A stretch of 64,000 bases of DNA, taken from contig NC_058368.1 of NCBI RefSeq assembly GCF_018350175.1, forward strand, positions 89,716,001 to 89,780,000. Reading direction: 5' to 3'. This DNA comes from Felis catus (Eukaryota). Positions within the stretch are counted from its first letter, which is position 1; each line of letters begins with the position of its first letter. The position numbers were made by a program, and so were the translations under genes. A model generated the notes under the pieces. The model made no database searches. It was not told the origin of the DNA and saw nothing but the letters and a program-made list of their open reading frames with translations. Below, piece after piece: positions 47,578 to 61,004 of this stretch.

Positions 47578-47981
47578 ATAAGGATTATTTTTTCTAATCA
47601 AGCCCACCAAAACGGAAATCCTGTAAATATCCAATTTAAACTGGTTTGTATTACTACATGCTGGAATCCCAAAGAAGTGGTCTTAATAACCTTCTCAGAG
47701 TCTGGATTATATGTCACCTGGGGATATGGAAATCTAATCACATATTCTTTCAAGTTATCAACCACATGTTTATCGAAGATGATTAATGTCCTTCCTTCTT
47801 AGGTTTTCATCTCATTTTTAAAATAGTCTCCCTATTTGCACACAAAATATGTTAAACCTGATTCATAGTTGACGTTACAAACTGAATATTCATTTTGACT
47901 AAATTTGGGATTATCAGAAATGATACCTTACAAAAACATTTTAAGTCAAAAAAGCATTCTATATAAAAGAACTTTTCTTAC

Positions 47982-48212
47982 CAGAATCTGGCAAAGAATT
48001 AAGATCTGCACATAACACCAGTGGAATAGTTCCAAATTCTCCCAATACACTGGACTGGAGGTTTCGTGAGGCTTTATCAATAATGTTCTTCACTTCTGAG
48101 AGGAACATCATAGTTTGAACCAACTTCACATCAGAGTATTCAGGGTCCCAATGCATATGAGCGTTAGCCACAAGAATAAGTTGTTTTTCTGTTCCAAGAT
48201 GGGGCTTTCCAG
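47982..48212 (-). CDS. CNOT6: CNOT6 coding exon (SGKPHLG...NAHMHWDP...CADLNSLPDS), 231 nt
   Basis: EEP catalytic motifs HxxWDP and DLN; TAG acceptor and GTAAGA donor. Confidence 0.97.
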
Positions 48213-49134
48213 CTATATTAGATAAAAAGAAAAGAAACAGACAGACAAAACCCGCCCATCAGCCCATATATTCTTACAGGATTCTTAAAGGATTCTACAG
48301 TTTCCAAACAAAAAAGGACCCTAAAATTTACCTAACAATCTCCCGACAACTAAATCAATCAACAGGACCACAAACCTGAGAAGCAGTCATCTATGCCTCT
48401 GGGTGAATAGCCTCTGGGTAAACACTCTTGAGTAGAGGGCATTCACTACTTGAACAAAGCCCATTCTATCTCCGCCAAAACAGCTATCTCCTTGAAACTT
48501 CTAGCTTCATCAAGATTTCCTAAAGTGAGTCTCACAAAATCAAATCTACAGCCTTTTTTCCTAGATATGTTTAATACAGTCACCAAGCTCCATCTTCATT
48601 TTTGACTCTTCAGGTTAAGTATCTCTAGTTCCAACTGTTCCTCAAGTGACAGAACTTCCAGTTCTCAGCACGATGGTCACTCTAAATACACTTTTAATTT
48701 GAAATAAGTGGTCCATTTATCCAAAACGCAAGACATTTAAAATAATGATTACAAGTAGGTCAGGAAGAGAAGTTAGCTTACAGAGTATCCTTGCTGTTAA
48801 GAAATTACGGGACTGTATGGAGTTCTTCTCTCTGAGCAGTTATTTTAACTAATATTTACTTCAACATTGTTTTTGTGTGAAAAATAGTGGGGAGCAAAAA
48901 CACCCATTTTCTCCTCTGGTTTTATGCCTTTCAAAATTTGGAATACTTTTCTGGGCACTGCTTTCTCAATCTTAAGCTTTGTGGTAGAGAGAAAGGGATA
49001 GGATATTTTAGAAAGGACTTAAATTCTCACTGAGTTTCTTCAGGTGTTAGACAAGACTATTAATATGTAACAAATTTTCTGCTTTCTATCAGATTTTGGA
49101 GGTCAATTTTACAGGAAGTGAAAAGGTCACTCAC

Positions 49135-49289
49135 ATGACATTTCAATCAATTCCTTTCGAAGTTCTAGCAGTACTGCAACTCCAATGTTATCTTTTGTCA
49201 TGACTCTGTTCAGCATGGCTTCAGACCCTTCTGAATTTGCCATTGCTAGCTGATTAAATTCAACAGTGTGTTTCTGAACCAAAGTAAAT
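49135..49289 (-). CDS. CNOT6: CNOT6 coding exon (FTLVQKHTVEF...KELIEMS), 155 nt
   Basis: Contained in ORF 49127..49339; TAG acceptor and GTGAGT donor. Confidence 0.97.
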
Positions 49290-49880
49290 CTAAAACACAA
49301 ACAAAAACACACACACAAACATAGAATTGGGAATACCAAAGTATTAGCTTTGTGGGAAATGCAGTTTTCCCGAACTTCCTGAACAAATACAATGGCAAGT
49401 AAATCACATTATGGAAAATCGTCCACACTTAACACCAAGCTTCCCACATCTGTTTCAAGTTATTCTTCGTCTGTTACGATACAAATAACATCTTGAAATA
49501 CTTTTACAATGTATGATAAGGTAGTCATCTTCTGTGTAAGTTTCATGTTGGAATAGTCCATCTTGTAATTTTTAAATAAATCTTTTCCAAAATCTGGGTT
49601 TAAGAATCCCTCTACCATCCTAGAGGGAATGTTAATTACAAGAAGTTTCAATTAACAATTGGAGTTAAACCCTAGTAAACACCTGAAGAAACAGCAGCAC
49701 TTTCAACAAGTCTCCAAAACAAGATTATTTCTGATGATTTAAAACAAAACTATTGAAGAGTACTGTTTTACTGAGCAATAACAACAATGCTTCATTCTCT
49801 TATTTGTCGACTAATTTCCACACCCTTGACTCCCTGCAAATACTGAGAAAATTTTCTTTTTTAAATGTAAGAGGACTTAC

Positions 49881-50035
49881 TTTTCCGTCTTGAAGAATAT
49901 TGCACAGCCATCGACATGTTTTCTTTCTTGTTCTGACATTGTCCTAGCTCTAGATTTAGGACTAAAGAATCCATTATAGCCACGTTCTTTCAGTTCTACC
50001 AGAAAAAAACTGTAATACTGTTCTGTTTCAACCTC
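49881..50035 (-). CDS. CNOT6: CNOT6 coding exon (EVETEQYY...AIFFKTEK), 155 nt
   Basis: Contained in ORF 49877..50092; canonical splice sites. Confidence 0.97.
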
Positions 50036-50289
50036 CTGAAAAATTGTAAATGGCAAAGTTATTTCATAAGACAAAAAATCAGTCCTACGCATTAACTTTA
50101 TGTGTACAGTTTGAGGGGCTCAAATAATTTCAAAGGACTGCTATGCACAATGAGGAACATAACATCTTTCCAACATATTTTATCTGAAACCCTACTTGTC
50201 ATTTTATAGATACCTGCTGGTATCCTATTGCTTAGGAGTAAATAATGGAAAGACATACACCTCCATGTGTGTATATTTTCTTAGGTTTT

Positions 50290-50455
50290 ATAATAGATGG
50301 GGAACAAGAATCAACAGAGGTAGAAGGAACATCACAGATCATACTTTCAGACCACAGGGAGAAAGTGACTTGCCCAAGGTCATATGAATTATCAGAAGAG
50401 GACTGAGACCACAAAGTTACTGTGCATCAGGTTCAACGCTCTTTCCACCATGTCC
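50290..50455. mobile_element. MIR fragment
   Basis: AAGTGACTTGCCCAAGGTCA MIR core motif. Confidence 0.65.
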
Positions 50456-50822
50456 TAATTCCTCTATTACTGCTGATGGTAAAGCAAAACCATACCTTGA
50501 CAATGCCACAGTTTCAATAATATTTGCCACCCAATTAAAAAATAGTGTGCAAGGGCATTTGAGAGGGAAAGATGAATATTTTAACTGTCAAAGCAAATGC
50601 CTAAAACCCAAAATAACCTATTTGCTTAATGTGGCAGCACAGCGCAGCTAAATGAAGCAGGTAGTGAATGTTCCAGGATTCACTAAAAACAGAAAAAGCC
50701 AATACTTTAAGAAGTGCTAAAGCTGGAACTTTAAATGTGTCAGGGTAATGCATTCCCATTTTGCTCCTTGCTTATCAACACTGGGGCATTTGTGCAATTT
50801 AAACACTGTTCCAATGACTTAC

Positions 50823-50980
50823 CTGAAGACTTATGATATCAGCATTGCAGTTCAAAATTTCTTGAATAATGGCCTTTTTCCTGTAGTCCCAATTTAGTGC
50901 CCAAGATGGACAGTAGCCGTATAACTGCCGGGTCGCATATTTATCACAAAGAACATTATAGCACATGACAGAAAACAAGG
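50823..50980 (-). CDS. CNOT6: CNOT6 coding exon (ALFSVMCYNVLCDKY...NADIISLQ), 158 nt
   Basis: Start of the EEP nuclease domain (YNVL, SLQ|E); CAG acceptor and GTAAGT donor. Confidence 0.97.
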
Positions 50981-51662
50981 CTGTAGGAAAGATAACTTTA
51001 CTTATTCACACACGTGGCAGAAAAAAAAACATAATTAATATCAATAGTTTTCACTTAAATGCTAAGGTTGACTTTATTCATTCAATATATATTCACTGAA
51101 AAGCTACTATCTGCCAGACATAGCGGATATAAGTTGGATAAGGAAGGAAGGTCAGATAGGTGAACAAATTATAACACAATGTGTTATCTAATGCTACAGA
51201 GATACCAAAGAAGGCTCAAAGCTAAAAGACTAAGATCTTGAGTCCCTTGGTCTGTAAGACCAGGGCTCCTCATTTCTATACTCCCCCTACCACTTTGCTA
51301 ACTGCTAATGTACAACGTGGAAAACTGACAATCCTCTTAACAGGCATGGCTTATTTTCTTCAAAAGAGCAACTATTATTAATTCACACAAAAGGAAAAGG
51401 TATCATAGACTAAATCCTATTATACACATCATGTAATTCCCAAACTATTTTCATACAATTTAAGTTAAAAGGAAATTAGGGGTCATTAGTTCAATTTCTC
51501 TCTCAAGTAAGTGCTTTAGCTGTCTTACAATTCTGTAGTATCAAATACATTTGGAACATAATAGGGTTTGAAAACTTCCAATATAAAGATTTTGGTATAT
51601 TTATTATAATAAATGAGTCTGATCAATTCTTTACAGCCCAATTAAAAAATAGTGTGCAAGCT

Positions 51663-51860
51663 GGGGCGCCTGGTTGGCTGTCTGACTTCAGCTCAGGTCA
51701 TGATCTCACGGTTCGTGAGTTCGAGCCCCATGTTTGGCTCTGTGCTGACAGCTTAGAGCCTGGAGCCTGCTTTGGATTCTGTGTCTCCCTCTCTCTCTGC
51801 CCCTCCCCCCATTCCTCTCTCTCTCAAAAAATGAATAAACATTTAAAAAAATTAAAAAAA
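51663..51860 (+). mobile_element. Can-SINE
   Basis: TSD AAAAAATAGTGTGCAA. Confidence 0.92.
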
Positions 51861-51886
51861 AATAGTGTGCAAAGGCATCTTTTCAA

Positions 51887-52102
51887 CATAATTTCTTAAC
51901 AATGGCATCACTAACATTACGGGTGGGTAAATTCTTTGCTGTGGGGGGCTGTGCTGTGCACTGTAGCATGCTCAGCAGCATCTCTGATCTCTAACAATGA
52001 GACGTCAAGAGCACTTCCCCTATTTGTGACAATCAAAAAATGTCTCCAGACATTGCTAAATGTCCCCCAGGGGATAAAAATGCCTGAGGTTGAGAAGCAT
52101 TG
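51887..52102. mobile_element. MER20 (hAT-Charlie MITE)
   Basis: TGTGGGGGGCTGTGCTGTGCACTGTAG...GTGACAATCAAAAAATGTCTCCAGACATTGCTAAATGTCCCC...GGTTGAGAAGCATTG matches the recalled MER20 consensus. Confidence 0.85.
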
Positions 52103-52292
52103 CTCTACAGCAGACCTACAGCATATTACAAAGGTCAGGTAAGCAATAATTAAGTCTTTATTATGATCTCCCAAGCCAAATCAATCTCAAGCATACAAAT
52201 GTAACACAGCCCATAATCTAAAGAATGCCAACAACACTGTTAGATATGTAATATGAAGTAAAAATAAGTTAAAAAAATATAAGGCTACCCAC

Positions 52293-52361
52293 CAGTTGGC
52301 CTTGTTCTGTCCGGTTCTTGTAACATAATCCAAGATCTTGGAGGTGGCTGTTCTGTTGAAA
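52293..52361 (-). CDS. CNOT6: CNOT6 coding exon (ISTEQPPPRSWIMLQEPDRTRPT), 69 nt
   Basis: Manual translation; TAG acceptor, GTGGGT donor; separated from the previous exon by an 80-nt intron. Confidence 0.96.
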
Positions 52362-52441
52362 CTAGTTGAATATAAACACAAAATTAAGTAATATTCTTAC
52401 ACATCTTCTTAAAAAAATCATTTAAGCAAATGACCACTTAC

Positions 52442-52546
52442 TTCTTTTTGCAGTACCTGCCAAATTATCAAGCAAATAGTTCAGTAGCCTTCTTGTTCCA
52501 TCTGGTTCCAGATAGAGGTTCAATATATCCTGGGTAAGTGGATTTC
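52442..52546 (-). CDS. CNOT6: CNOT6 coding exon (GNPLTQDILNLYLEPDGTRRLLNYLLDNLAGTAKR), 105 nt
   Basis: Manual translation; CAG acceptor, GTAAGT donor. Confidence 0.96.
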
Positions 52547-53066
52547 CTGGAAATATTTTTTAAAAAGGTAAAATGAAACCAAGAAAGGTAATAAAATATT
52601 GCAAAAGTGAAAAAACATACCAAAATTATCAGACCTATCACAATATATGTAACTACATAACATATACATATATTAGTAAGATACCAAACTAGAGGAAATA
52701 TTTTTTCAGTTTCTGACATGAAGAATAAAAATGATTGAAGCCACGTTCTGCAGAAGTATCCAGAAAACAATTATTGTGGACTAATGTCAATCTAGAAGAT
52801 ATCTAATAGTGCTCTGTATCTGGCCCTGTGTCATCAACACTTTTATGACAATCAAAAGCAAGTGAAACTGGACGGGGAAGAATGGGAAAGAGGACAAGGG
52901 AAAGAGGACAGCCACTATAATGGATCAGAGAATCAAAAGTTAAGATGCAACAAAGCTAACACGAAGATATCCTCATGACAGATGTAGTCTTCATTTAGAT
53001 TTTTAAAAACTCTACTAAATAAAGCAATAACAAGATGGGACAGATCTGATTTAAGATCAAGTTACT

Positions 53067-53293
53067 GGAGCGCCAGGGTAGCTCCATCGGTTGAGCATCT
53101 GACTCTTGATTTTGGCTCAGGTCATGATCCCATGATCCCAGGGTTGTGGGATTGAGCCCTCTGTCAGAGTCTGTGCTGAGCATGGAGCCTGCCTGAGATT
53201 CTCTCATTCTCTTTCTCTCTCCCCCTCTGCCCCTTTCCCCTGCTCATGCTCTCTCTCTAAAATAATAAAAACTTTTTTTTTTTAATTTTAAAA
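53067..53293 (+). mobile_element. Can-SINE
   Basis: Head, CT tract and A tail. Confidence 0.88.
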
Positions 53294-53639
53294 AAGATGT
53301 AGTCACTAAGGAAAAGGGAAAACCTCAGGACTGTGAGCCATCTGTAAATTCAATGACGGTTTCATAAGTGCTAAAAATGAAAGCAAATGGAATGATTTAC
53401 ATGTATCTACAAGAGTCTCAAATCCTCTCAGAAGGATTTATGTGCTTATGAAAACTAACAGTATAATGAACTGTTTTGAACAGTGAAGGTCCTGGATACC
53501 ATAGCTCCACTTTAAGAAAGACTAATAATAAATTTTATAAATTGAAAAGGACAAATGATTTATAAATCATTATAAAGTGATTATAAGATGTTAACCATGC
53601 CAAATGAAAGAAGTTCAAAAGATACTGCCCCCCTCACTT

Positions 53640-56600
53640 TCTCTGCCAGAGCAGTTAGAAAGAGCAAAATAGGTTTAAGTAAGATCCAAAGTTTTATAAT
53701 ATAATATGAGTACGTCCAGTTTCAGGTGAAAATCACTCATCCTACCAAGAACTAGGAAGAATTCAAACTAAATGAATAAAGATAAACAAGACTCAACACC
53801 AAGATGACAAAAACATTAGAATAATCTGACCTAAACAGAGCAGGCATGTTTCAATGAGCACTTCAATGAGAAATTACAAACATGCTTGAAATAAATGAAA
53901 AAATAGGAAGACTCAACCAAGAAAAAGTTTTGGCAAATTAACAAAACATATTTTTAAAAATGGAAATATTGAAACTGAAAAACTGAATACATGAAATAAA
54001 AAGCTCGGTGGATGGGTTCAACAGCAAAATAAAGCATCAAAGGAAATAATCAGTGAACTGGAAGACAGTAAGGAACAACAGAAAGGAAACTGAACAACAG
54101 AACAACAGAAAGGAAACTGAAAAAAAAAAAAATGAAAAGAGCCTCAGGAACCTGTAGGACCACAAGAAAATTCTAAGGTTCATGTCCTCAGAGTTATGGA
54201 AACAGACAACAAGAAGCACAGAGCTGAAACAGTATTCAAATAACAGCTTAAAAACTCCCCAGATTCGGAGAAACACAAACGTGCAGATTCAACAGTCTGA
54301 TAAAATCCAAATAGGACACATTCAAAAGAACCCACAACAAACCACACAGCAACTAAACTTCTAAAAACTAAAGACAAAGACAATGTTGAAGGCAGCCAGA
54401 GTAAAACACCTTCCCTCTAGGTAAGAGTAAGAACTAGGGGAAACACAACTTGAATGAGCAGATTTCTCATCACAAGCCATGGTGGTTAAAGGGAAGTGGC
54501 ACAATAGCTTTAGGTGCTGAAAGAAAAGAACCGACAACCCAGAACCAATCCCCAGTGAAAACAGCCTTTAGGAATGAAGGAGAAATAAAGACATTCTCAG
54601 AGGACTGAAAACTAAGAGAATCTGTTGCCAGCAGGCCTACTATAAAGGAATCAGAACAGAAGTTCTCTAAATAGAAAGGAAATGATAAAAGAAGGAACCC
54701 TGGAACATAAGAAAAAAGACCATGGTCTTTAAAAAGGGGCAAACATAGGCTTTCCTTCACTTAAGGTTTCTAACTCATGTTCAGCCATTAAAATGTCTTT
54801 GTAACACTGACTTGGTTCTAAATATAGGTAGAGAAAATATTAAGACAATGATACTATAAACAGGGGGCATATGAAAGGTCATAGAGTTAGAGATTCTATT
54901 GTTTCACTCAAAATGTAAAATGATAGCCCTACAAGACTTGATAAGTTATGTATGTTATCACATGAAACTTGCTTCAAATATAACAATACAAGCAGGCTGA
55001 AAAGAAAAGGATGGGAAAATATACGTCATGTAAACCTTAACAAAAGGAAAGCAAGGGTGACTAATATCAGATAAAGTTGATTTCAGAGAAAATAAATTTA
55101 CTAGAAAAAGTGACATTATGTAATGATAAAGGAGAAGACACAGCAATTCTAAACATGCATCCACAAAATGAAAGAACTAAAAAATATTTTAAGCAAAAAC
55201 TGACAGAACTGAAAGGACAATAGAAAAATCTACAATTATGCTGATACTTCAGCACTCATCTCACAATTGACAGAACTAGACAAAAACAAACAACAAAAAG
55301 AACTAGACAAAAAAAAAATCCTCTAAATACCATCAATCTAACAGACCCTAGTGTTAATATAGAGGATCCAGTTGAGATTTATAGAAGATTCTACCCAATT
55401 CATATTCTTGTCCAGTGTCCAAGGGACACAAAATTTGTGGCTGGACACAGCTAAAGCAGAGCCAAGAGGGACATTTATAGCACCTAATGTATACATTAGA
55501 AAAGGAAAAGTCTCAGGGGAGCCTGGGTGGCTTAGTCAGTTGTGCATCCAACTCTTTATTTCGGCGCAGGTCATAATCTCATGGTTCATGAGATTGAGCC
55601 CCACATCAGACTCTGTGCTGACCGCCTTAAGTCTGCTTGGATTCTCTCTCTTCTTCTCTCTGCCCCTACCCAACTTGAGTGCTCCCTCTCTCAAAATAAA
55701 CATTTAAGTCCCATCTGAAGAACCTAAAAAGAGCAAAATAAACTGAAAGCAAAAAGAAGGATTAAAAACACTAAAAAATAGGAATCAATGAATTGAAAAC
55801 AGAAAAAGAGGACTTTTTTAAAAAGCGGTTTCTTTGAAAAGATCAATAAAATTGGCAAACTTCTACCAAGACTCACAAAGAAAATGAAGACAAAAATTAC
55901 CAATATAAAAACTATAAACCCTACAGAAATCAAAAGGACAAGGGAATACCATGAACAATTCCAGATACATAAATTTAACAACATATATGAATGTGTCCAT
56001 TTCCTTGAAATACACAAACTGTACTCACTCACCCAGTACAAAACTTAAATAGCCCTATACCTATTAAAGGAAATGAATTCAAAATTTAAAAACTACCAGA
56101 AATCTCCAGGCCCAAAATGTTTCACTGGAAAATTCTACTAAACACTTTAAGAATTAACTCTAATTCTACAGACTCTCTTCCAGAAAACAAAAGATGAGGG
56201 AACACTTTCAAATTCATTTCATAAAGCTAGCATTACCTAGATACCAAAACCAGACAAATTGAGCATAAAATAAATGAAAATTAAAGACAAATACCTTTAT
56301 GAATATCGAGTCAAAAATCCTTAAGAAAATATTAGCATACAGAAGTAAGCAATATATAAAAAGATTTATAACCATGACCAAGTGGGATTTGTTCCAGGAA
56401 TGCAAGGCTGGTTCAATATTTAAAAATCAATTACAAGGCTAACAAAGAAATCATATCAACTGATACAAAACAAGCATTTGACAAAATTAAACACCTATTC
56501 ATGATTAATAACTCTCAGCAAAAGGGCAGAGGGAAACTTCCTCAAACTGATAAAGACAATCTACAAAATACCTACTGCTAACGTTATACATAATAGTGCA

Positions 56601-59600
56601 CACAGAATACTTCCATATATCAGGAAAAAGAGGGATGTCTGTTCTCACAACTCTTATTCAACATGATGCTGGAAGTTCTAGTCAGTATGATAAGTCAAGA
56701 AAAGGAAAGAAAAAGCAGACATATTGGGAAGGAAGAAATAAAATTATCCCTATTTCCAGATGACATAATTTTCTACACAGAAAATTCCCAAAAATTTTAC
56801 CATTAAGTATACCAAAAAAAAGCAACTCCTAAGACTCTAATATAAAAATATAAAAATCCATCCAATTCAAAAAGATATATGAACCATGTCTGACTTATTT
56901 TACTCAGTATAAAATATCCTGTACATCCATCCATGTTGTCACAAATAGCAAGATCTTGCGCTTTCTCTCTTTTTATGGCTAAGTAATATTCCACGCAGCA
57001 TTATTCACTATGGCCAAGAAGATATGGAAGCAACCCAATTATCCATCCATAGATGAATGGATAAAGAAGATGTGGTATGTACGTACAATGGAATGTTATT
57101 ATACTAAGTCAGACAGAGGAAGACAAATACATTATCTCACTTATATGTGGAATCTAAAAAGCAAAACAAATGAACAAACAAACAAAACCAGACTCTTAAG
57201 TACAGAAAACAAACTAGTGGTTGCCAGAGGGAAGGGGGTGGGGGTTGGGAGGATGGGTGAAATTAAAAAAAAAAAAAAAATCCATTGTATTATGTCCAGG
57301 AACATACACATGGAAAGCAAAATTTAATACATTATAATTTACAACCACTTGAAAAAAAAAGAAACCCAAACAAAAAGACTTAGAAATAAATCTAACAAAA
57401 CATTTATATGGTTTATATACCAAAAACTACACAATACTGATGAAAAAAAAATCAAAATTCTAAATATAAGGAGACATGCCATATTCACGGATCAGAACAC
57501 TCAACATATTAAAGATGTTAATTCTCCCCTAATTTGATATACAGGTTTAACACTATTCTGATCAAAATCCCAGCAATATTTCTTTTAACTATAGACAGGA
57601 CTATTCTAAATATATATAGAAAGGCAAAGGAACTAAAATAGCTAAAAACATTTTGAAAAAGACTATTGTAGGGGAATCAGTCTATCCTATTTCAAGACTT
57701 AATTACCTTATTTCAACTTTCAAGTAACTATTGGCAAAGGGGCAGACACATACATCAATGGAAAAGACGAGAGAATCCAGAAATAGATCCACACAGATAT
57801 GTCCAACTGATTTGAGAGAAAGGTGTAAAGGAAATTCAATGGCGGGTAGACTTTTCAACAGATGGTGCTAGGGCAACTGGACATTCACAGACAAAGGAAT
57901 GAAACTTGAACTACTCCTTTACTTCTTTTAGCTCTATTTTAACTCAGATCACAGACTTAAATGTAAAACATAAAGCCATGAAACGTTCAGTACAAAACAC
58001 AGGATCCATAAAAGGAAAATATGATAAACAACTTCATCAAAACCAAAACCTTTTGTTACAGAAAAGACCCTGTGTAACATCATGATTTATAATAAGAAAT
58101 ACATATCTGATCTTCATCCACTGTTCCCAAAGCTCCTAAAATCCTGAAAGTGATTCAAGGATTTCTTCCAAAGTGAAGTTGTAGAGGTGCCTCTTGTGGT
58201 GTCAATGAAGTAACTTTCAGCCTCCACAGGAGGATGGGGGCTGGCTGACAGGAACCAACCATGTGACTAGAAGGTTAGAACTTCCAGTCCCAGTCCCCCA
58301 GGAGGAGGGGCTGGAAGTCAGCTCAATCATCAAGGCCAATGATTTAATCAGTCATGCCTATGTTATGAAGCCTCCACAGAAACCCAAAAGCATGGGGTTC
58401 AAGGAGCCTCTGGGTTGGTGAACAAATAGAGACTCGGGAAGAGTGGTGCTCTCGGAGAGAGGGAGAGGGCATGGAAGCTCTGTGCCCTTTCCCCATATCT
58501 TGCCCTACTCATCTTTTCCATCTGGCTGCTCCAGAGTTATATCCTTTTATAATACATTGGGAATCTGTGAGTAAACGGGTTTCCTTATTACTGTGAGCCA
58601 CTCTCACAAACTGATCAAACCCAAGGAGGGGACTGCGGGAACCTTGATCAGGAGCACAGGTGACAACCTGGCCTTGTGACTGGAATCTGAAGTTAGGGAG
58701 GCATGGGAAAGTAGCAGTCCTGTGGGACTGAACCTTTTATCCATGGAATCTGAGGCTATCTTTGGGTAGGTAGTGTCAGAATCTAGTTGAATTACAGGAC
58801 ATCTAGCTGGTATCCTAGAATTGCTTGTTGGTGTGGGGGAAAGCCCCACAGCGCTGGAACTGGGTGTGTTAAGTGGGTGAAAAGACTACACACTGGGGAA
58901 AAAATGTCTGCAAATCACATATTTGACAAAGGCCTAGTATCCAGAAAATATAACGGACTCTGAAAATTCAACAGTAAAAAAACAATTCAATTAGGACATG
59001 GGCAAAGGCATGAAGAATATCCCACAGATGATGACATACAGATGACAAGTAGGGACATGCAAAAATGTGCAATATCTTTACCTAACAGGAAAATGCAAAT
59101 TAAAACCACAATGAGATGTCACTGCACATCTATCAGAAAAACTAAAATAACAATAGTGACAACACCAAAGCTGGGGAAGATTCAGAGTAACTGGATCACT
59201 TATTCATTACTGATGAAAATGTTAAATAGTACAGCCAGTCTGGAAAAGTCTGGCAGATTCCTAAAAAACTAAACAACACTAAAATATGACCAAGCAATTG
59301 CATTCCTGGGTATCTATCCTAGAGACATGAGGACTTATGTGCCATAATAATCTGCACACAGAATTGTTCATAGCTGCTTCATCCACAATAGCCAAATACT
59401 GGAAACCAGCCAGATGTCCTTCAACAAGTGACTGGTTAAACAGACCATGATTCATCCATACCATGGAACACTGCTCATCAATATAAAGAAGCAAACATGC
59501 AACAGCCTGCGAGAATCATCAAAGAATTAATCTGAGTGGAAAAAACTATTCTCAGGTTACATACAGCATGATTCTACTAACACAATATTCCTGAAATAAC

Positions 59601-59650
59601 AAAGTTTTAGAAATGGAGAACAAATCAGCGGTTGTCAGAAGTTAACAAGT
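53640..59650 (+). mobile_element. Long decayed L1 (ORF1 to ORF2 to 3' UTR), antisense to CNOT6, with nested SINE (55516-55706), nested L1 3' piece and nested LTR
   Basis: Colinear L1 motifs: ORF1-like AGGAATGAAGGAGAAATAAAGACATTCTCAG, endonuclease region, RT-region GGAATGCAAGGCTGGTTCAATAT, and MQIKTTMRCH. Confidence 0.9.
58073..58866 (+). mobile_element. MER21-like solo LTR inserted in L1
   Basis: TGTAACATCATGATTTATAATAAGAAATACATAT...GGCCAATGATTTAATCAGTCATGCCTATGTTATGAAGCCTCCA matches recalled MER21; L1 sequence resumes on both sides (AAAGACCCTG / TGTTAAG). Confidence 0.8.
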
Positions 59651-60182
59651 GAGTGGGGCAAGCTCAGAAAAGTAATGGATTTGTCCAAAAAATCGGTGAA
59701 ACTCTATTTCGAAGAAAGAAACCTAAAACCTAGATGTCAAACATTTTAGAGGATCTTTCTGAAATGAAAGAGCAAGGGATCCTCAAAAACTAAGGTGCCA
59801 CAAAGACTGCCCTATCACTCCCCAACGCTTCCAAGGCTTTCATACACATTAACACAATGTGGACATGTGTGACCAATGACCCTAGTGTCAAATAAAGTTT
59901 GTGAATCCTTAGAGAAATGAACACATTTTTGTAAAATAAATACTGTTAAGATTACAAAACCTGAAACTAAGAGGACATAAAACAGTAGCTGCTTCTGGGA
60001 TGAGAAAGGGACCTAAAGAAGAACAAAGAGGGTTTTTACATTCTGTAATGTTCTATTTCTTTGTATTAGAAAACAGACACAAAAGTGACACAATATTAAT
60101 TGTTCATTCTGATGTTGCTACATTTTATATTTTTGTTTTTCAAAGTTAAAACTTTAAAGGCTTTTAAGGAGCCTCAGCCAAA

Positions 60183-60392
60183 GGGTGGCTGGGTGGCTTA
60201 GTTGGTTGAGCATCTGACTTCAGCTCAGGTCATGATCTCACAGTTCATAAGTTCGAGCCCCATGTTTGGCTCTGTGCTGACAGCTCAGAGCCTGGAGCCT
60301 GCTTCAGATTCTGTGTCTCCCTCTCTCTCTTCCCCTCCCCCACTTGCACTCTCTCTGTCAAACATAAATAAACATAAAAAAAAATTTTAAAA
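60183..60392 (+). mobile_element. Can-SINE
   Basis: Head, CT tract and A tail. Confidence 0.9.
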
Positions 60393-60699
60393 GAAAGCCA
60401 TTTATAGTATGATGACATAAAGTATGATCTGAGGAATGTATCATCAGAACACTGAACTGACTGAAACAAAGGATAGAAGAAAGAAAAGCCGGGCTAGGAG
60501 TAAAAAGGAATACAAAGATTAGCAGACAGTCTCCAGGTGGACAAGAGAGAAAACCACTGGGATGTACCTAAAAAACTGATGAAGTTTGGGGAAGAGTGAG
60601 CCTGCAAATCCCTGGCGACAAGATCCCCCTCTTACAGCTTCTTTAGACTCAAAGACACAACATACAAACCACAAGAAGCACAAATATGAGAAATCATAC

Positions 60700-60785
60700 C
60701 TTTCAGGCCTAAAGTCTGCAACTGAAACAGTTTTCCCAGCTCAAAAGGTAGAACTCGTAACAGGTTGTTATTTAAATGGAGTTCC
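60700..60785 (-). CDS. CNOT6: CNOT6 coding exon (ELHLNNNLLRVLPFELGKLFQLQTLGLK), 86 nt
   Basis: Manual translation; CAG acceptor, GTATGA donor; phases fit the neighbouring exons. Confidence 0.96.
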
Positions 60786-61004
60786 CTGTGGATGTAAAAA
60801 TTCCACATAAGAACATATATTACCTTTTAACCCATGGCTAAAATCAGCACTATAATTTCTAATATTCTTCTCAGAATGAAAAATTTTGTATTATATTCCA
60901 ATGTCATACAGTGCTTCTCAAACAATGATGTAGCAAAGAAACAAAACACGACAAAAAAACCCCAGACTGCCACAGACCAAACATTTTAAAAATAACAGAA
61001 AACC

